The position numbers and the translations under genes are program-made. 43,766 nucleotides of DNA from positions 1 to 43,766 of the IMG/VR virus record IMGVR_UViG_3300010362_000037, one strand, 5' to 3'. Shown here in pieces: positions 34,704 through 43,766 of the stretch (positions within the stretch are counted from its first letter, which is position 1; the number at the start of each line of letters is the position of its first letter). The stretch is from a virus. Taxonomy: Duplodnaviria > Caudoviricetes. The notes under the pieces are model-generated. The model did not search any database, had not been told where the DNA came from, and worked only from the letters and a program-made list of their open reading frames with translations.

Positions 34704-35035
34704 ATAACGTCACCTTTCTGGAAGAGGGATACGCCAACATTGATGAGATCGGTCAGCTGGCCGCTCGCGCCCGGCCGTTCCTCAATCGTGAGTACCGCTC
34801 GCGGCTCCTGTTGCGAGATCAAATTGAGAATGTCGTCGGATCCGAGTGGCATCTTTTGAAATGCCATATGAGGCGTACCGAAATCGGGCAGGTCGTCGCG
34901 CTCACCTAGATGAGTCTGAAGGATCGCGACGACGCAAGCTGCGACATCCTCAAGGCTGTCCTGCTCGTTCACGACCGCGCCCTGCGGCCCGAGATTGAAA
35001 GGAAGATCGAAATGCGGGAACTCAGTTGAACTCAT
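34700..35035 (-). CDS. Baseplate wedge gp25/gpW-like protein
   Basis: T.LGER...PDFG...EPR; start at MSSTEF. Confidence 0.85.
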   Translation of the reverse strand: MSSTEFPHFDLPFNLGPQGAVVNEQDSLEDVAACVVAILQTHLGERDDLPDFGTPHMAFQKMPLGSDDILNLISQQEPRAVLTIEERPGASGQLTDLINVGVSLFQKGDVI

Positions 35036-35895
35036 GACCACCTTCCTAAGTATGCGCAAGACAACCACGGGCCAGGCATTCCATCGGCGGTCAGCGTAAG
35101 CGCGGCACCCGAATCCTGATAACAACCTACTTCCACGTAGCTCCCTGCGTTCAAGTTAGTAATCCATGTCGCCTGAGCGCGAACGCCTCCGGAAGACATT
35201 GCCGCTACAACACCACCGACGCCCTGCCAAGAACTCTGATTCCCGTCTTGCATGAAAAAGAGTAATCGGTGAGCACCAGATGCATTAGGCGAGAACATGC
35301 AACCGCTAAGAAAGATGTACATGCCTGTGATCGGAACGGTGACACGGCTATTGTTCGTAGTATTGCTGTGCATGTTGCCAGTATCGAGGTAAGAACCATC
35401 AAAAGGAATCGGCCCATTCTGGCCACTGGTCGCAGCGTTGTAAGAACTTCCTTTGTAAACACGACAAGTCGGAATGATTGACATATCCGAGAACCGCCGC
35501 CAGCTCGCACTCGGCTGATCATATTGGTACATGGCCCTCTTTGTCATCGTATCAATATCTTCAGCGATCCAGATGTCGTTGTCTACCGGATTGATAGGAG
35601 CGCCGGAAGAAAAGAGTTGATTGGTGACCTGCGAGTTCCTGGCAGCCGGCCACCAAGCTACCACCCACGGCTCGCGGTTGTTATCGAAGATCGCGAGCGC
35701 ATCGTCGCCTGACTCCGGCAGCGACATATTGTCGCGGGCCTGCCAACGAACTTGCTCCCAGAGGATGTCCGAATGCATGTCCGGAATCGCTATGTCCATC
35801 TTCGCAGTGAAGTTGAGCGGAGCATTGATGACCTTCGCCTTCCAGACCTGCGGCAAGTAGGCGCGTGCGGGGAGGTCGAGATCCAGTTGCGTCAT
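35032..35895 (-). CDS. Baseplate spike (gpV-like OB domain) with C1q/TNF-like C-terminal domain
   Basis: LPESGDDALAIFDNNREPWVV; C-terminal VPITGMYIF...LNAGSYVEV. Confidence 0.7.
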   Translation of the reverse strand: MTQLDLDLPARAYLPQVWKAKVINAPLNFTAKMDIAIPDMHSDILWEQVRWQARDNMSLPESGDDALAIFDNNREPWVVAWWPAARNSQVTNQLFSSGAPINPVDNDIWIAEDIDTMTKRAMYQYDQPSASWRRFSDMSIIPTCRVYKGSSYNAATSGQNGPIPFDGSYLDTGNMHSNTTNNSRVTVPITGMYIFLSGCMFSPNASGAHRLLFFMQDGNQSSWQGVGGVVAAMSSGGVRAQATWITNLNAGSYVEVGCYQDSGAALTLTADGMPGPWLSCAYLGRWS

Positions 35896-37985
35896 AGGTC
35901 GTGCTTCCCGACGTGGAAGTGAGTATCGCTTTCCTTCATGTGCGCGATCTCGGCGTTGGCCGCCTGTCCAATCGGATCGCCACGCTGTACCTTCTGATCT
36001 TGTTGAACAAATCGCTTCATCATATGAGTGATGAAGTAGTCGGCCTTGTCCCCCTTGACGTAGGCCGACCAGCCGTAGGCGCCACCTGACGGCCCGCCCT
36101 CCTTCGGATCATGACCGGAGAGCTTCCATACGACTCCATCGACGGGAGAGAGTCCAACATCGCCAGGATTGCAGAACACATCGATGGCCGGATAGCCGGA
36201 CAGACCGTCGGTGGGATGAGTTGGGGTGAAGTCGGCAGGAAGCTGGACGGTCGGGTTATCGGGAAGGTCTGGAGCTGACCCGGGAGAACTACCTTGCGGA
36301 TGAGCCCAGTCAATCGCGCCACCGCTCAGCTGATCATCCTTCGGCTCGGGCAAGCGAGGATTCGGCTTCGACAGATTGATGTCAGCGTTCGAGCTGAAGA
36401 GACTCCGGGTGAACTGGTTGACCATCCAGCGGCCGTCGAGATGCCCCATCTGCTGAACCACAATAATGGCTCCAGGCGGCGCTAGCCAGCGGCCGACCTG
36501 AGCCTGAATCTCGAGAGTGGCGCCCTTCTTGCCGATGTCGTAGTCGAAGCCGATCCCATTGATGCCTTTAGTGCTCTCGGTGACAGTGATGATCGGTTGC
36601 ATCTTGAAGAGATCGTCATCGCTGATGTAGTAGAAGACGCCGCCAATAAAGAACGCTCGCCAGCCGACCTCCTCCGCGAGCCTGCGAATGCAAGCCCAGT
36701 TGTCTTCACGCTCCCAGTACCGGCCCGCTCCGCTGGTGCCCTTCGGAATGCCCCGGTAGTACTGATAGTCTTCTAGGCTGGTCGGAGCGACGCTGGTATC
36801 AATATTGTTGTTTGCGTCCGCAGCCGCGCCTTCCGACCAAGGATCGTAGCTCCCATCCTTGTTACGCTTGCCCGGAAGACCGAATGCGGTCAGAATCTTG
36901 TCGGCCTCCGAGACAAACTGATAGTACACGAGCGGGTCGCGGTTCTTCTGAATGTTATGCGCAAGTTCTCCGACCGACAAGAATGGATGATCTTTGTCGT
37001 AGCCGATGGCATCTTGCCCCGGACGACCGATGGACGAGAGCTTGCCGTACCAGATCCGGCTCGCGGTTGCTACGTCGTGACGGTCATCGAAGCTGCCCCA
37101 CGAGTCGATCTGCTGGAAGATCCCGATGCTGGTACCGTCACCGTGATCCAAGTTGTGAAGCTCCGACTCGTCGATACATACCGTGATCGCGCAAAGAAGA
37201 ACCTTCCGCCGCGCTCCCATCCCGAGACCGACCGCCAAGACGATATTGGCATTGTTGATCTGCTCCTTCGTGATTGGCTTCGTATTGACCTTCAGGATCG
37301 CCTGCATCGCTCCGGTGATTGGATCAGTCCAGAAGTTATTGTTGTGCGCATCCTTTGCTACTCCCGGCTGCGACGACACCGTGTCGGGCGTTCCCCAGTC
37401 AATGCTACCGTCTGACTTCTTCTCGATGGGCTGTACCCGGTGAAGCTCGGGGATGACGACCGGGATATTGAACTCCTTGACCTCGCGAATCAGGTTGAGG
37501 ATGAACTCGGCGCGCGTCGTACTCTTGCGGTGAGCGATCTTCGGCTGAACTAGCACCGCGTCGTCGGCGGTGTTCTTGTGGCCGGGAGTAGTGAGCTTCG
37601 GATAGCTCCGCAGAACCGCAATCTCGCGCTGCTCGAAAGTCATCTCCAACGTGTCGCTGCCGACCTCTCTTGTAACCTTGACGAGTCGGAACCACATACC
37701 GTCGATCTGTACGTCCAGCTTCGAGTTGATCGCAGCCGAGCGGAGAATGGTACGGTCGTAGTCATTCAAAGAGACTTGGATCGTACTCGCGCCGTCGATG
37801 GAGCGAGTTACGTTGACATCAATCACCCGGTCTACCGCGTCGAAGAGAATCATCTGCTTTAGATAGATGACCATCCGCTCTAGGTCGAGATCGTCTCGCA
37901 TCATCTCCCGCTGGAGCTTCTGCTGCGGGATCTTGGACAGCTCCATCTTCTGGCGAGCGGTGAGTGCGGTCGGCTTCGCGGTCAT
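35892..37985 (-). CDS. Baseplate hub protein with lysozyme-like insert and M23 peptidase
   Basis: E.NW..IRRLAEEVGW hub motif; ESEL..LDHGDGTSIGIFQQ; H...D, TH, HFH M23 motifs. Confidence 0.78.
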   Translation of the reverse strand: MTAKPTALTARQKMELSKIPQQKLQREMMRDDLDLERMVIYLKQMILFDAVDRVIDVNVTRSIDGASTIQVSLNDYDRTILRSAAINSKLDVQIDGMWFRLVKVTREVGSDTLEMTFEQREIAVLRSYPKLTTPGHKNTADDAVLVQPKIAHRKSTTRAEFILNLIREVKEFNIPVVIPELHRVQPIEKKSDGSIDWGTPDTVSSQPGVAKDAHNNNFWTDPITGAMQAILKVNTKPITKEQINNANIVLAVGLGMGARRKVLLCAITVCIDESELHNLDHGDGTSIGIFQQIDSWGSFDDRHDVATASRIWYGKLSSIGRPGQDAIGYDKDHPFLSVGELAHNIQKNRDPLVYYQFVSEADKILTAFGLPGKRNKDGSYDPWSEGAAADANNNIDTSVAPTSLEDYQYYRGIPKGTSGAGRYWEREDNWACIRRLAEEVGWRAFFIGGVFYYISDDDLFKMQPIITVTESTKGINGIGFDYDIGKKGATLEIQAQVGRWLAPPGAIIVVQQMGHLDGRWMVNQFTRSLFSSNADINLSKPNPRLPEPKDDQLSGGAIDWAHPQGSSPGSAPDLPDNPTVQLPADFTPTHPTDGLSGYPAIDVFCNPGDVGLSPVDGVVWKLSGHDPKEGGPSGGAYGWSAYVKGDKADYFITHMMKRFVQQDQKVQRGDPIGQAANAEIAHMKESDTHFHVGKHDL

Positions 37986-38644
37986 GGGATCCTCAGTTTC
38001 GTATGAACTTTGATCTTGTTCGGATCACGGATCTTCGGGTTCGCCTTCTGGATGTCCTTCCATTTGTTCCCATTCCCGTACATCGCCTTCGCGATGCTCT
38101 TGAGAGTCTCGCCTTGCTTCATGACCTCGTAGTAGTTCGGAATGAACTTCACGGTCGTGATATGGATGGTCGTCGTCTCCTGGAACTGCATCAGATGGAC
38201 GATAGCATCCTGCCGCAGTCGCCAGTACCTACCTGATGTAGCGGCTCTCCTGGCGGCGCCACCACCCGACCAGATAACGTCGTCGCCCCAGTCGATGGAT
38301 TCGATTACCCATTTCGCGCCCTTGATCGGAACTGCTCCCTCGATGTGAACAGTCGGCGGCGGATCGTAGTCATGACCCATCTGCATCCTGTTGAGGCGCG
38401 CGATGTCTTTCTCAACGCTGCGCCTATCATGCCAACCGTCGAACAAGATCGGAACGTCCATCCGGTACGGGTCGCGGCCTGTCCACTGGGTGAGAGCGGT
38501 ACGGCGCGGCCGGGCAACCGTACTCCAGCCACCGCCGCCACCGGTCATCTTCGGCGCACCATCGCCACGGAGCATCTTTACTTGTACACCCTCGCTCGAC
38601 CGGAAGGTGTAGAAAAATCTCTCAGGAGGTTTATCGGCCGGCAT
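37982..38644 (-). CDS. Tail tube initiator-like protein with C-terminal LysM
   Basis: GETLKSIAKAMYGNGNKWKDIQKANPKIRDPNKI..LRIP. Confidence 0.88.
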   Translation of the reverse strand: MPADKPPERFFYTFRSSEGVQVKMLRGDGAPKMTGGGGGWSTVARPRRTALTQWTGRDPYRMDVPILFDGWHDRRSVEKDIARLNRMQMGHDYDPPPTVHIEGAVPIKGAKWVIESIDWGDDVIWSGGGAARRAATSGRYWRLRQDAIVHLMQFQETTTIHITTVKFIPNYYEVMKQGETLKSIAKAMYGNGNKWKDIQKANPKIRDPNKIKVHTKLRIP

Positions 38645-40689
38645 TACTTCCTCGCCTGCGCGTTCTGCCTATGCTTGGACACGCTCTCAGCGACCTTCTT
38701 TCCATCGATGTGAATGTTAGTGTGAACGGTCGAGTCAAGTCTTGTACCGTATGCTTGGCCGGTAGCGATGCTCTTCTGCACTGGGCCAGCGAAGCTGCCA
38801 TGATATGGACTCTGCAGGACTCCACCTTGAGAGTTCATTGGCGCGTTCGGGAAGGCCGGGAAGTAGCCAACATTACCGGATGCAAACTGAACGGCGTTCT
38901 TGGTAACGTTCCAGGCTCCTTTGGCCGCTCCTATCAGCCAGCTGACTCCAGGTATCTTCTTGAACCAACCGAGAACGTCCTTGACCTTGTCGATGATCTT
39001 CTGCAGCCAGCGGACGATCTGATCGAAGTGATCGTAGACGAACTTGAAGAAGAGACCGAACGGCCCGATCAGAATGGCTGCGAGCAGCATCCAGTGATCC
39101 TTGATGAAGTGCCAGGTGCGATCTACAAGCTTGTGGAACCAATCCCACTTGAAGTAGAGAACAACTAGGATGGCGATCAGCGCGACGATCCCGGCGATGA
39201 TCCAGGCGACCGGCCCGAGCAGAGCGATCCAGGTCGCAACAACTGCGAGTCGGAGACGCAGGAAGTTGACAGTGGCCGCAATCGTGGCCCGCGACATAAG
39301 CCATTCGGCGGCGGCGGCGAGCTTCGTCGTGACCGTAAACCGGATCATCGCGATCCGCAGAGAGATGTAGGCCCAAAGCTGACCAGTCAAAATGTCGGTA
39401 GTGAGCAAAACCATTCGACGCAAGAAGCTCTGCGCCATACCGAAGATGAAGGAGGAGGCTGTCGCTGCCATCTGAGCCGACTTGATAACCGACAAGACCG
39501 TAGCCTCCGCGATCAGAGCGAAGGTGAGAGGAACAACGATGATGAGCAGAGCGTACGAGAGTACCGTGAACTTGTTGATGAAACGGAGTATTGGTAGGAG
39601 CCATGGAGCGAAGCCATACTGGAAGACCCAGCTGACAGCAACGAGCGCGGGCAAGACCGTACGCTTCAAGATGTTCCCGAGTATGCTAAGAGTTAGGCCC
39701 AGCACCTTGATGAGACCTATGAACCCTCCCAGCCATGGGAAGTGAGCCTGCGCGATCCCGAGAACCTGGTCGAGCGATATTTTGCCCTTTTGCTTGATCG
39801 CTAGCTGACTCATCTCCGTCAGCATCTTATTGAAAGCCGGCAGTACGCCCCGCGAGGCTTTGTTGAATGACGAGAGCGTCAGACCTCCCATGATCTGCGA
39901 GATCAGGTCGTGCGCCGTCGAGAGCTGACCGGTGAACGTCTTGGCCTGCCTAGCTGCCGCTCCTGCGAACCGCTCGCGCATACCCTCCAAGAGAGCTGGG
40001 ATGCCGATCTCGGACGGAATCTGAAGCTCGCCCGGTCGAGACAGCATCGCTCGCGTGACTCCATACTTGGCGAGCTTCTTCGTCAGGATGTCGATAACCG
40101 GGATGCCCTGCTGCTCAAGCTGGAGGAGGTCTTGTCCGAGCAGACGACCCGAAGCGCGGATCTGACCGAAGACCGTCACCATCCGTTCGATCTGCTCACC
40201 GCCACCGCCGAAGGCCGCGACCGTATCGCCGATCACCTTGAGCGAGTCATTGGTTTCCTTCAGCGTGAAGCCGAAGGCGAGGAACCGGCGAGCAGCGTCG
40301 GTGATGTTGGAGAACTCGAACGGAGTCACCGCCGCTTGGTGGTACAAGAACAGCAGCTCTTTGCGAGCCGCCCCCGCCGAGCCGAGGAACTGCTCAAAGG
40401 CGATCTGATTCGATTCCATCGAGGCGTCGAACTTGACTCCCATCGCAATCGCCGCCGACGCGAGGCCAGTGAGTGCGATGGTTCCTGCGTAGGCGTAGCG
40501 GCGCATCGTGAAGAGAACCTGGTTGAGTAGGAATCCCCGCTTGGTGGCCTCTTCCCCTGACTTACCGAACCGGGCCGTAGCAACCTGCGCCTTGCCCATC
40601 TGACTCTCGACGGCAGAGAGACCGGAGATGACTCCTGCCCGGCCCGACAGCACCAGGCGGATCTCGGCTATGGTATTGCCCCAGGCCAT
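38644..40689 (-). CDS. Tape measure protein
   Basis: AAVTPFE...LAFGF...GQIRASGRL..DL.QL tape-measure domain; hydrophobic/Trp repeats. Confidence 0.92.
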   Translation of the reverse strand: MAWGNTIAEIRLVLSGRAGVISGLSAVESQMGKAQVATARFGKSGEEATKRGFLLNQVLFTMRRYAYAGTIALTGLASAAIAMGVKFDASMESNQIAFEQFLGSAGAARKELLFLYHQAAVTPFEFSNITDAARRFLAFGFTLKETNDSLKVIGDTVAAFGGGGEQIERMVTVFGQIRASGRLLGQDLLQLEQQGIPVIDILTKKLAKYGVTRAMLSRPGELQIPSEIGIPALLEGMRERFAGAAARQAKTFTGQLSTAHDLISQIMGGLTLSSFNKASRGVLPAFNKMLTEMSQLAIKQKGKISLDQVLGIAQAHFPWLGGFIGLIKVLGLTLSILGNILKRTVLPALVAVSWVFQYGFAPWLLPILRFINKFTVLSYALLIIVVPLTFALIAEATVLSVIKSAQMAATASSFIFGMAQSFLRRMVLLTTDILTGQLWAYISLRIAMIRFTVTTKLAAAAEWLMSRATIAATVNFLRLRLAVVATWIALLGPVAWIIAGIVALIAILVVLYFKWDWFHKLVDRTWHFIKDHWMLLAAILIGPFGLFFKFVYDHFDQIVRWLQKIIDKVKDVLGWFKKIPGVSWLIGAAKGAWNVTKNAVQFASGNVGYFPAFPNAPMNSQGGVLQSPYHGSFAGPVQKSIATGQAYGTRLDSTVHTNIHIDGKKVAESVSKHRQNAQARK

Positions 40690-40904
40690 TACTTCTTCAT
40701 TGCCTCGCCCAGTCGGTTGATGACCTTGATTGCGAGATCGTCATTGAGGAGCAGCAGCAGCTTCTGGTACTCGCGCGCAATCGCAAACATCTCAGCGCGG
40801 ATCTCGGAGCTGGACTCTTCCAAGTATGCACGCGGATCTTGTCCGGAGAGAGCGACCTGGGCTGCGGCTTTGATCTCATCGGGTACCTCTACAGCACTTC
40901 CCCC
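40689..40904 (-). CDS. Tail assembly chaperone -1 frameshift extension (gpGT-like)
   Basis: GGGGGAA at 40904-40898; -1 frame open (GSAVEVPDEIKAAAQ...LGEAMKK) to a TAA overlapping the tape measure ATG. Confidence 0.78.
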   Translation of the reverse strand, partial: GGSAVEVPDEIKAAAQVALSGQDPRAYLEESSSEIRAEMFAIAREYQKLLLLLNDDLAIKVINRLGEAMKK

Positions 40905-41446
40905 AAGAACTCCTCATCAATCTTGACGCCGGTGTTTCCCATCCAACGGTTGAGGATGATCCCATACTGGCCGATGGAGAACTCGTTGAAGCCGAAACAG
41001 AACTCCAGAGCCGAACGCGAGTCATCCGGGCCACCATTCGGCTCCCAGCCGAGGTAGTATGCAAACATCGGCCAAGTCAAGACAGGAGCGTCGCCCTTCC
41101 TGTCATCCTTGATCTCCTCCGGATCTTTCCCCAACTCTTGCAGATAAAATCCGGTCGTCGAGTTGATGATCGTGTCGAGCAGGATGCGCATGTTCCGCTC
41201 TCCACGATCTCGAGTCTCAGCCAGGATCTTGCGGCCGATCTTCTCGACCTCCTTCCGATCCATGAGCCGGTGCTGAACTACGACACCATACTCCTCGTAG
41301 CCCGTCATCGGCAGTAGAACAGTTCTGGATTCCGCGATCTCCTGACGCCGCAGCCGCAGTTGATCTGCGAGCGTCTTCGGCTCATCTTCGTCGTCAGCAG
41401 CCGTGATGTCCGCCGCGAGTACCGGCTGCTCGTCCATCTCAGACAT
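40889..41446 (-). CDS. Tail assembly chaperone
   Basis: Between tube and tape measure; slippery site just before the stop. Confidence 0.8.
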   Translation of the reverse strand: MSEMDEQPVLAADITAADDEDEPKTLADQLRLRRQEIAESRTVLLPMTGYEEYGVVVQHRLMDRKEVEKIGRKILAETRDRGERNMRILLDTIINSTTGFYLQELGKDPEEIKDDRKGDAPVLTWPMFAYYLGWEPNGGPDDSRSALEFCFGFNEFSIGQYGIILNRWMGNTGVKIDEEFLGEVL

Positions 41447-41464
41447 TGCTCCCTCCTTCTTGTA

Positions 41465-41950
41465 CTAGCCCGTCGCGGTCGGCGGGGCGTCGATTGAGCA
41501 CTCGATTTCGAGCATGCCCGGATCGCTCGTGCTCTCCGAGTTGTGCTCCGGCAGAGTGACGCGCTTGAGCGTGCCGCGCCAGACGATTGCCGGCGTGTGG
41601 ACGTTCTTGTAGCGATCCATCGTGAACATCGTGATGATGACGCGAGAACGACCGGCTGCGTCGATCAACGTCTGGATGCCGCCCGGGATGCTCTGCGCCT
41701 GCAGATCGCGACCGACGCGGAAGTTGCGGGACATGATGATGTTGCCCGGGTTGACCCGGCCACCGAGCGAGTACGGCTCTTTCATCGCGCCCGGGTGATA
41801 CAGGTGCTCCTCGCTGTCGATCTCGCCGCCGGTGCGAGTGTCCCAGATCCCATAGTCGAGGTATTGTCCATTCTTGTGCGGGTGCTCGACCATGAGTGTC
41901 ACCATAAAGGTGTCTTGGCGAGTACCCAAGATGTTCTGCTGAACGCCCAT
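41465..41950 (-). CDS. Tail tube protein
   Basis: 161 aa directly downstream of the sheath gene; GNI.MSR motif. Confidence 0.78.
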   Translation of the reverse strand: MGVQQNILGTRQDTFMVTLMVEHPHKNGQYLDYGIWDTRTGGEIDSEEHLYHPGAMKEPYSLGGRVNPGNIIMSRNFRVGRDLQAQSIPGGIQTLIDAAGRSRVIITMFTMDRYKNVHTPAIVWRGTLKRVTLPEHNSESTSDPGMLEIECSIDAPPTATG

Positions 41951-41953
41951 CCG

Positions 41954-43399
41954 TTACGCCTCCGTGATTGGCTTCTTGTAGACCTCGATCTGAACCATCT
42001 CGGCGAACTCGCTCATGCGAACCCAGAGCACTGCGTGCAGCTCGTGGTTCGCAATCGTCGTCGGAGTATTGATCGAAGACCCGGTGTCCACGAAGAAGGC
42101 ATCCGACGCCGACGCGCCATAGAGATCGCCGTTGTTGTAGTAGCCCTGCAGGAGTCCGCTCAGCGCTCCGTTGAACGACGCAAGGGTGACTCCCTTGCCG
42201 TCGATCTTGTCGAACACGAATGACTCCGCGATTGCCTGCGCGCTCGCGGCGATGCTGATGTAGAGCCGTGCACAGCCGAAGTTGACCCAGTCGGGATCTG
42301 CTAGCGGATCCACGAGCGAGCGCCAGCCGTAGTTCCGGATGGTTCCGAACATCTCGCGGATGACGTTGACGCAGCCGGTGTTGAGCTGACCGCGCACCGT
42401 ATCGCTAACGGGATTCTGCGTCAGGTCGGATGCGAAGACCGAGACGCCGTGATCTCCAGCAGCCGCCTGATCCTGCCCGACCCCGCCGGTGTCGTTGCGA
42501 GAACAGAGGCCGGCAATCAGGGCCGACGGCGGAACGGTACGCGGAGCGCCGACGATGATGCCAGGAACGATCAGCCAAGGCCAGAACATCGCAGAGAACC
42601 TCTGGTTGCCCGTTCGCGCGCCGGTCGCGCTCGCCAGCAGCGTGGCGACCGTAGCAGTGTCGGGTGCGTCGAGGATCCCCACACGCCGGTTGGCCCGAGC
42701 GTGATCGACCAACTGCTGATGTCCGATGTCGGAAGTACGGCCAGGTGCCGAGACCTGGCCAGGGCCGAGATCCGGCGAGATGTTCGCCAGAGCCGCCGCC
42801 CATTGCGCGTCGGTGATGTTGTTGCGGTCGTCGTTGCCGCCTGCGAGCGCACCGGCCGCGATGTTGGCCGGGTTAAGAGCAGAAGCTCCCGGAGTGATCC
42901 GGACATAGTTCGAGTTCTGAGACCAGGCGATGGCGGCTCCAGGAGTGGCGCAGTCGGGAGTGGCCTCGACCTCGATGTTGTTCGCATCTTGGACGAAGAC
43001 CACGAATGTACCGGCGCCACTACCAGATCGAACGCCGACCTTGATGTTGTTGCCGCTCGACCCAGGCCCGAGCGCCGATACGATCAGCGAGACACCGGAG
43101 CTTGCGTCGAGTAGGTTCTTGCTCGCCGTCACCGCCGCAGGGCCGACGACGCGAGCGACATACGCAGTTCCGCCACCCTCGCGGAAGTACGTGTCGAGCG
43201 AGTCATACAAGACGCTGTAGCTGACTCGCGCTCCGAACAGACGAGTGTAGTCGGCCATACTGCGGATCGGAGTTGCGGCGAGCGGCCCTGCGTCGGTCGT
43301 GCCTGCAACGAACCAGACGCCTGTGTCGGTCGGAATGCTTGCGACCGGAGGCGTCGAGCGCAGCGTGACGTTGACGCCAGGACGTACAAGCGTACTCAT
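41954..43399 (-). CDS. Contractile tail sheath protein
   Basis: RPGVNV, YFREGG..AYVARV, ILDAP, WPW, VPPS, GWRSL. Confidence 0.95.
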   Translation of the reverse strand: MSTLVRPGVNVTLRSTPPVASIPTDTGVWFVAGTTDAGPLAATPIRSMADYTRLFGARVSYSVLYDSLDTYFREGGGTAYVARVVGPAAVTASKNLLDASSGVSLIVSALGPGSSGNNIKVGVRSGSGAGTFVVFVQDANNIEVEATPDCATPGAAIAWSQNSNYVRITPGASALNPANIAAGALAGGNDDRNNITDAQWAAALANISPDLGPGQVSAPGRTSDIGHQQLVDHARANRRVGILDAPDTATVATLLASATGARTGNQRFSAMFWPWLIVPGIIVGAPRTVPPSALIAGLCSRNDTGGVGQDQAAAGDHGVSVFASDLTQNPVSDTVRGQLNTGCVNVIREMFGTIRNYGWRSLVDPLADPDWVNFGCARLYISIAASAQAIAESFVFDKIDGKGVTLASFNGALSGLLQGYYNNGDLYGASASDAFFVDTGSSINTPTTIANHELHAVLWVRMSEFAEMVQIEVYKKPITEA

Positions 43400-43635
43400 G
43401 TAGCGTCACCTCCCTCTGGGTTGATCGTCTGATTGGCCGTCAGACCGGAAGCGTCGATCAGCTTACCGTCGTCGAGCAGAGTCTGGTTGATGTTGTTATT
43501 GCCGGTGAAGTCATCGACGGTCAGCTCCACGAAGTCACCAGGAGCGAGAGGCCGACCGCCTTCGAGGATCTGAGCCTTGTACCCGATGTAGCGGTACGTC
43601 GTTGTTGTTGTCGGTTTCTTCGCTGGCGTTGCCAT
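43396..43635 (-). CDS. Hypothetical protein upstream of sheath
   Basis: SD GGAGG; overlaps both neighbours. Confidence 0.7.
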   Translation of the reverse strand: MATPAKKPTTTTTYRYIGYKAQILEGGRPLAPGDFVELTVDDFTGNNNINQTLLDDGKLIDASGLTANQTINPEGGDAT

Positions 43636-43766
43636 TACTTCTCCTCCAATCGCTCTACCTCAACGAACACCTCATTAGCGATGGGCCATTGTGAACCGGG
43701 CTGCCTGTCTGGATCCGGCGCATCCGGGTACGCAGGCCCGCCGTACTCCGTCCACATCTGCTCGAC
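43635..43766 (-). CDS. C-terminal fragment of a probable neck/tail-completion protein
   Basis: Open frame from the window edge (VEQMWTEYGGPAYPD...ERLEEK) to TAATG; function inferred from position only. Confidence 0.55.
   Translation of the reverse strand, partial: VEQMWTEYGGPAYPDAPDPDRQPGSQWPIANEVFVEVERLEEK

Overview
A 43.8-kb segment of a GC-rich tailed dsDNA phage, probably infecting an actinobacterium (standalone Rpf, DnaE/primase-MCM replication set, TANNNT-type promoters; host not determinable from sequence alone). Layout: (i) 1-1737, a divergent control/end region with a minus-strand gene almost free of TG/CA dinucleotides, a TCAAC(A/T)CA repeat cluster and a ~650-nt structured leader carrying two rrn-type boxA-like sequences; (ii) 1738-13634, about 35 small + strand early genes punctuated by 11-13 copies of a covarying RNA element (stop-codon-anchored long stem, alternative hairpin, GGAGGGTACC start motif); (iii) 13600-30181, replication and nucleotide genes (SNF2 helicase, PD-(D/E)XK nuclease, AAA ATPase, SSB-like protein, primase-MCM helicase fusion, flavin oxidoreductase, HAD phosphatase, Nmad1-like protein, DnaE, secreted Rpf, HU, atypical ThyX); (iv) 30168-43766, minus-strand membrane/lysis genes and a contractile tail module (sheath, tube, frameshifted chaperone, tape measure, LysM, hub, spike, gp25, J, I, fibres). 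No integrase, capsid, terminase or canonical endolysin lies in the window. The most notable signal is the early-region expression system: repeated RNase III-like processing/switch elements plus a GGGTACC motif that also overlaps promoters. All protein calls come from motif recognition by eye, not database searches.
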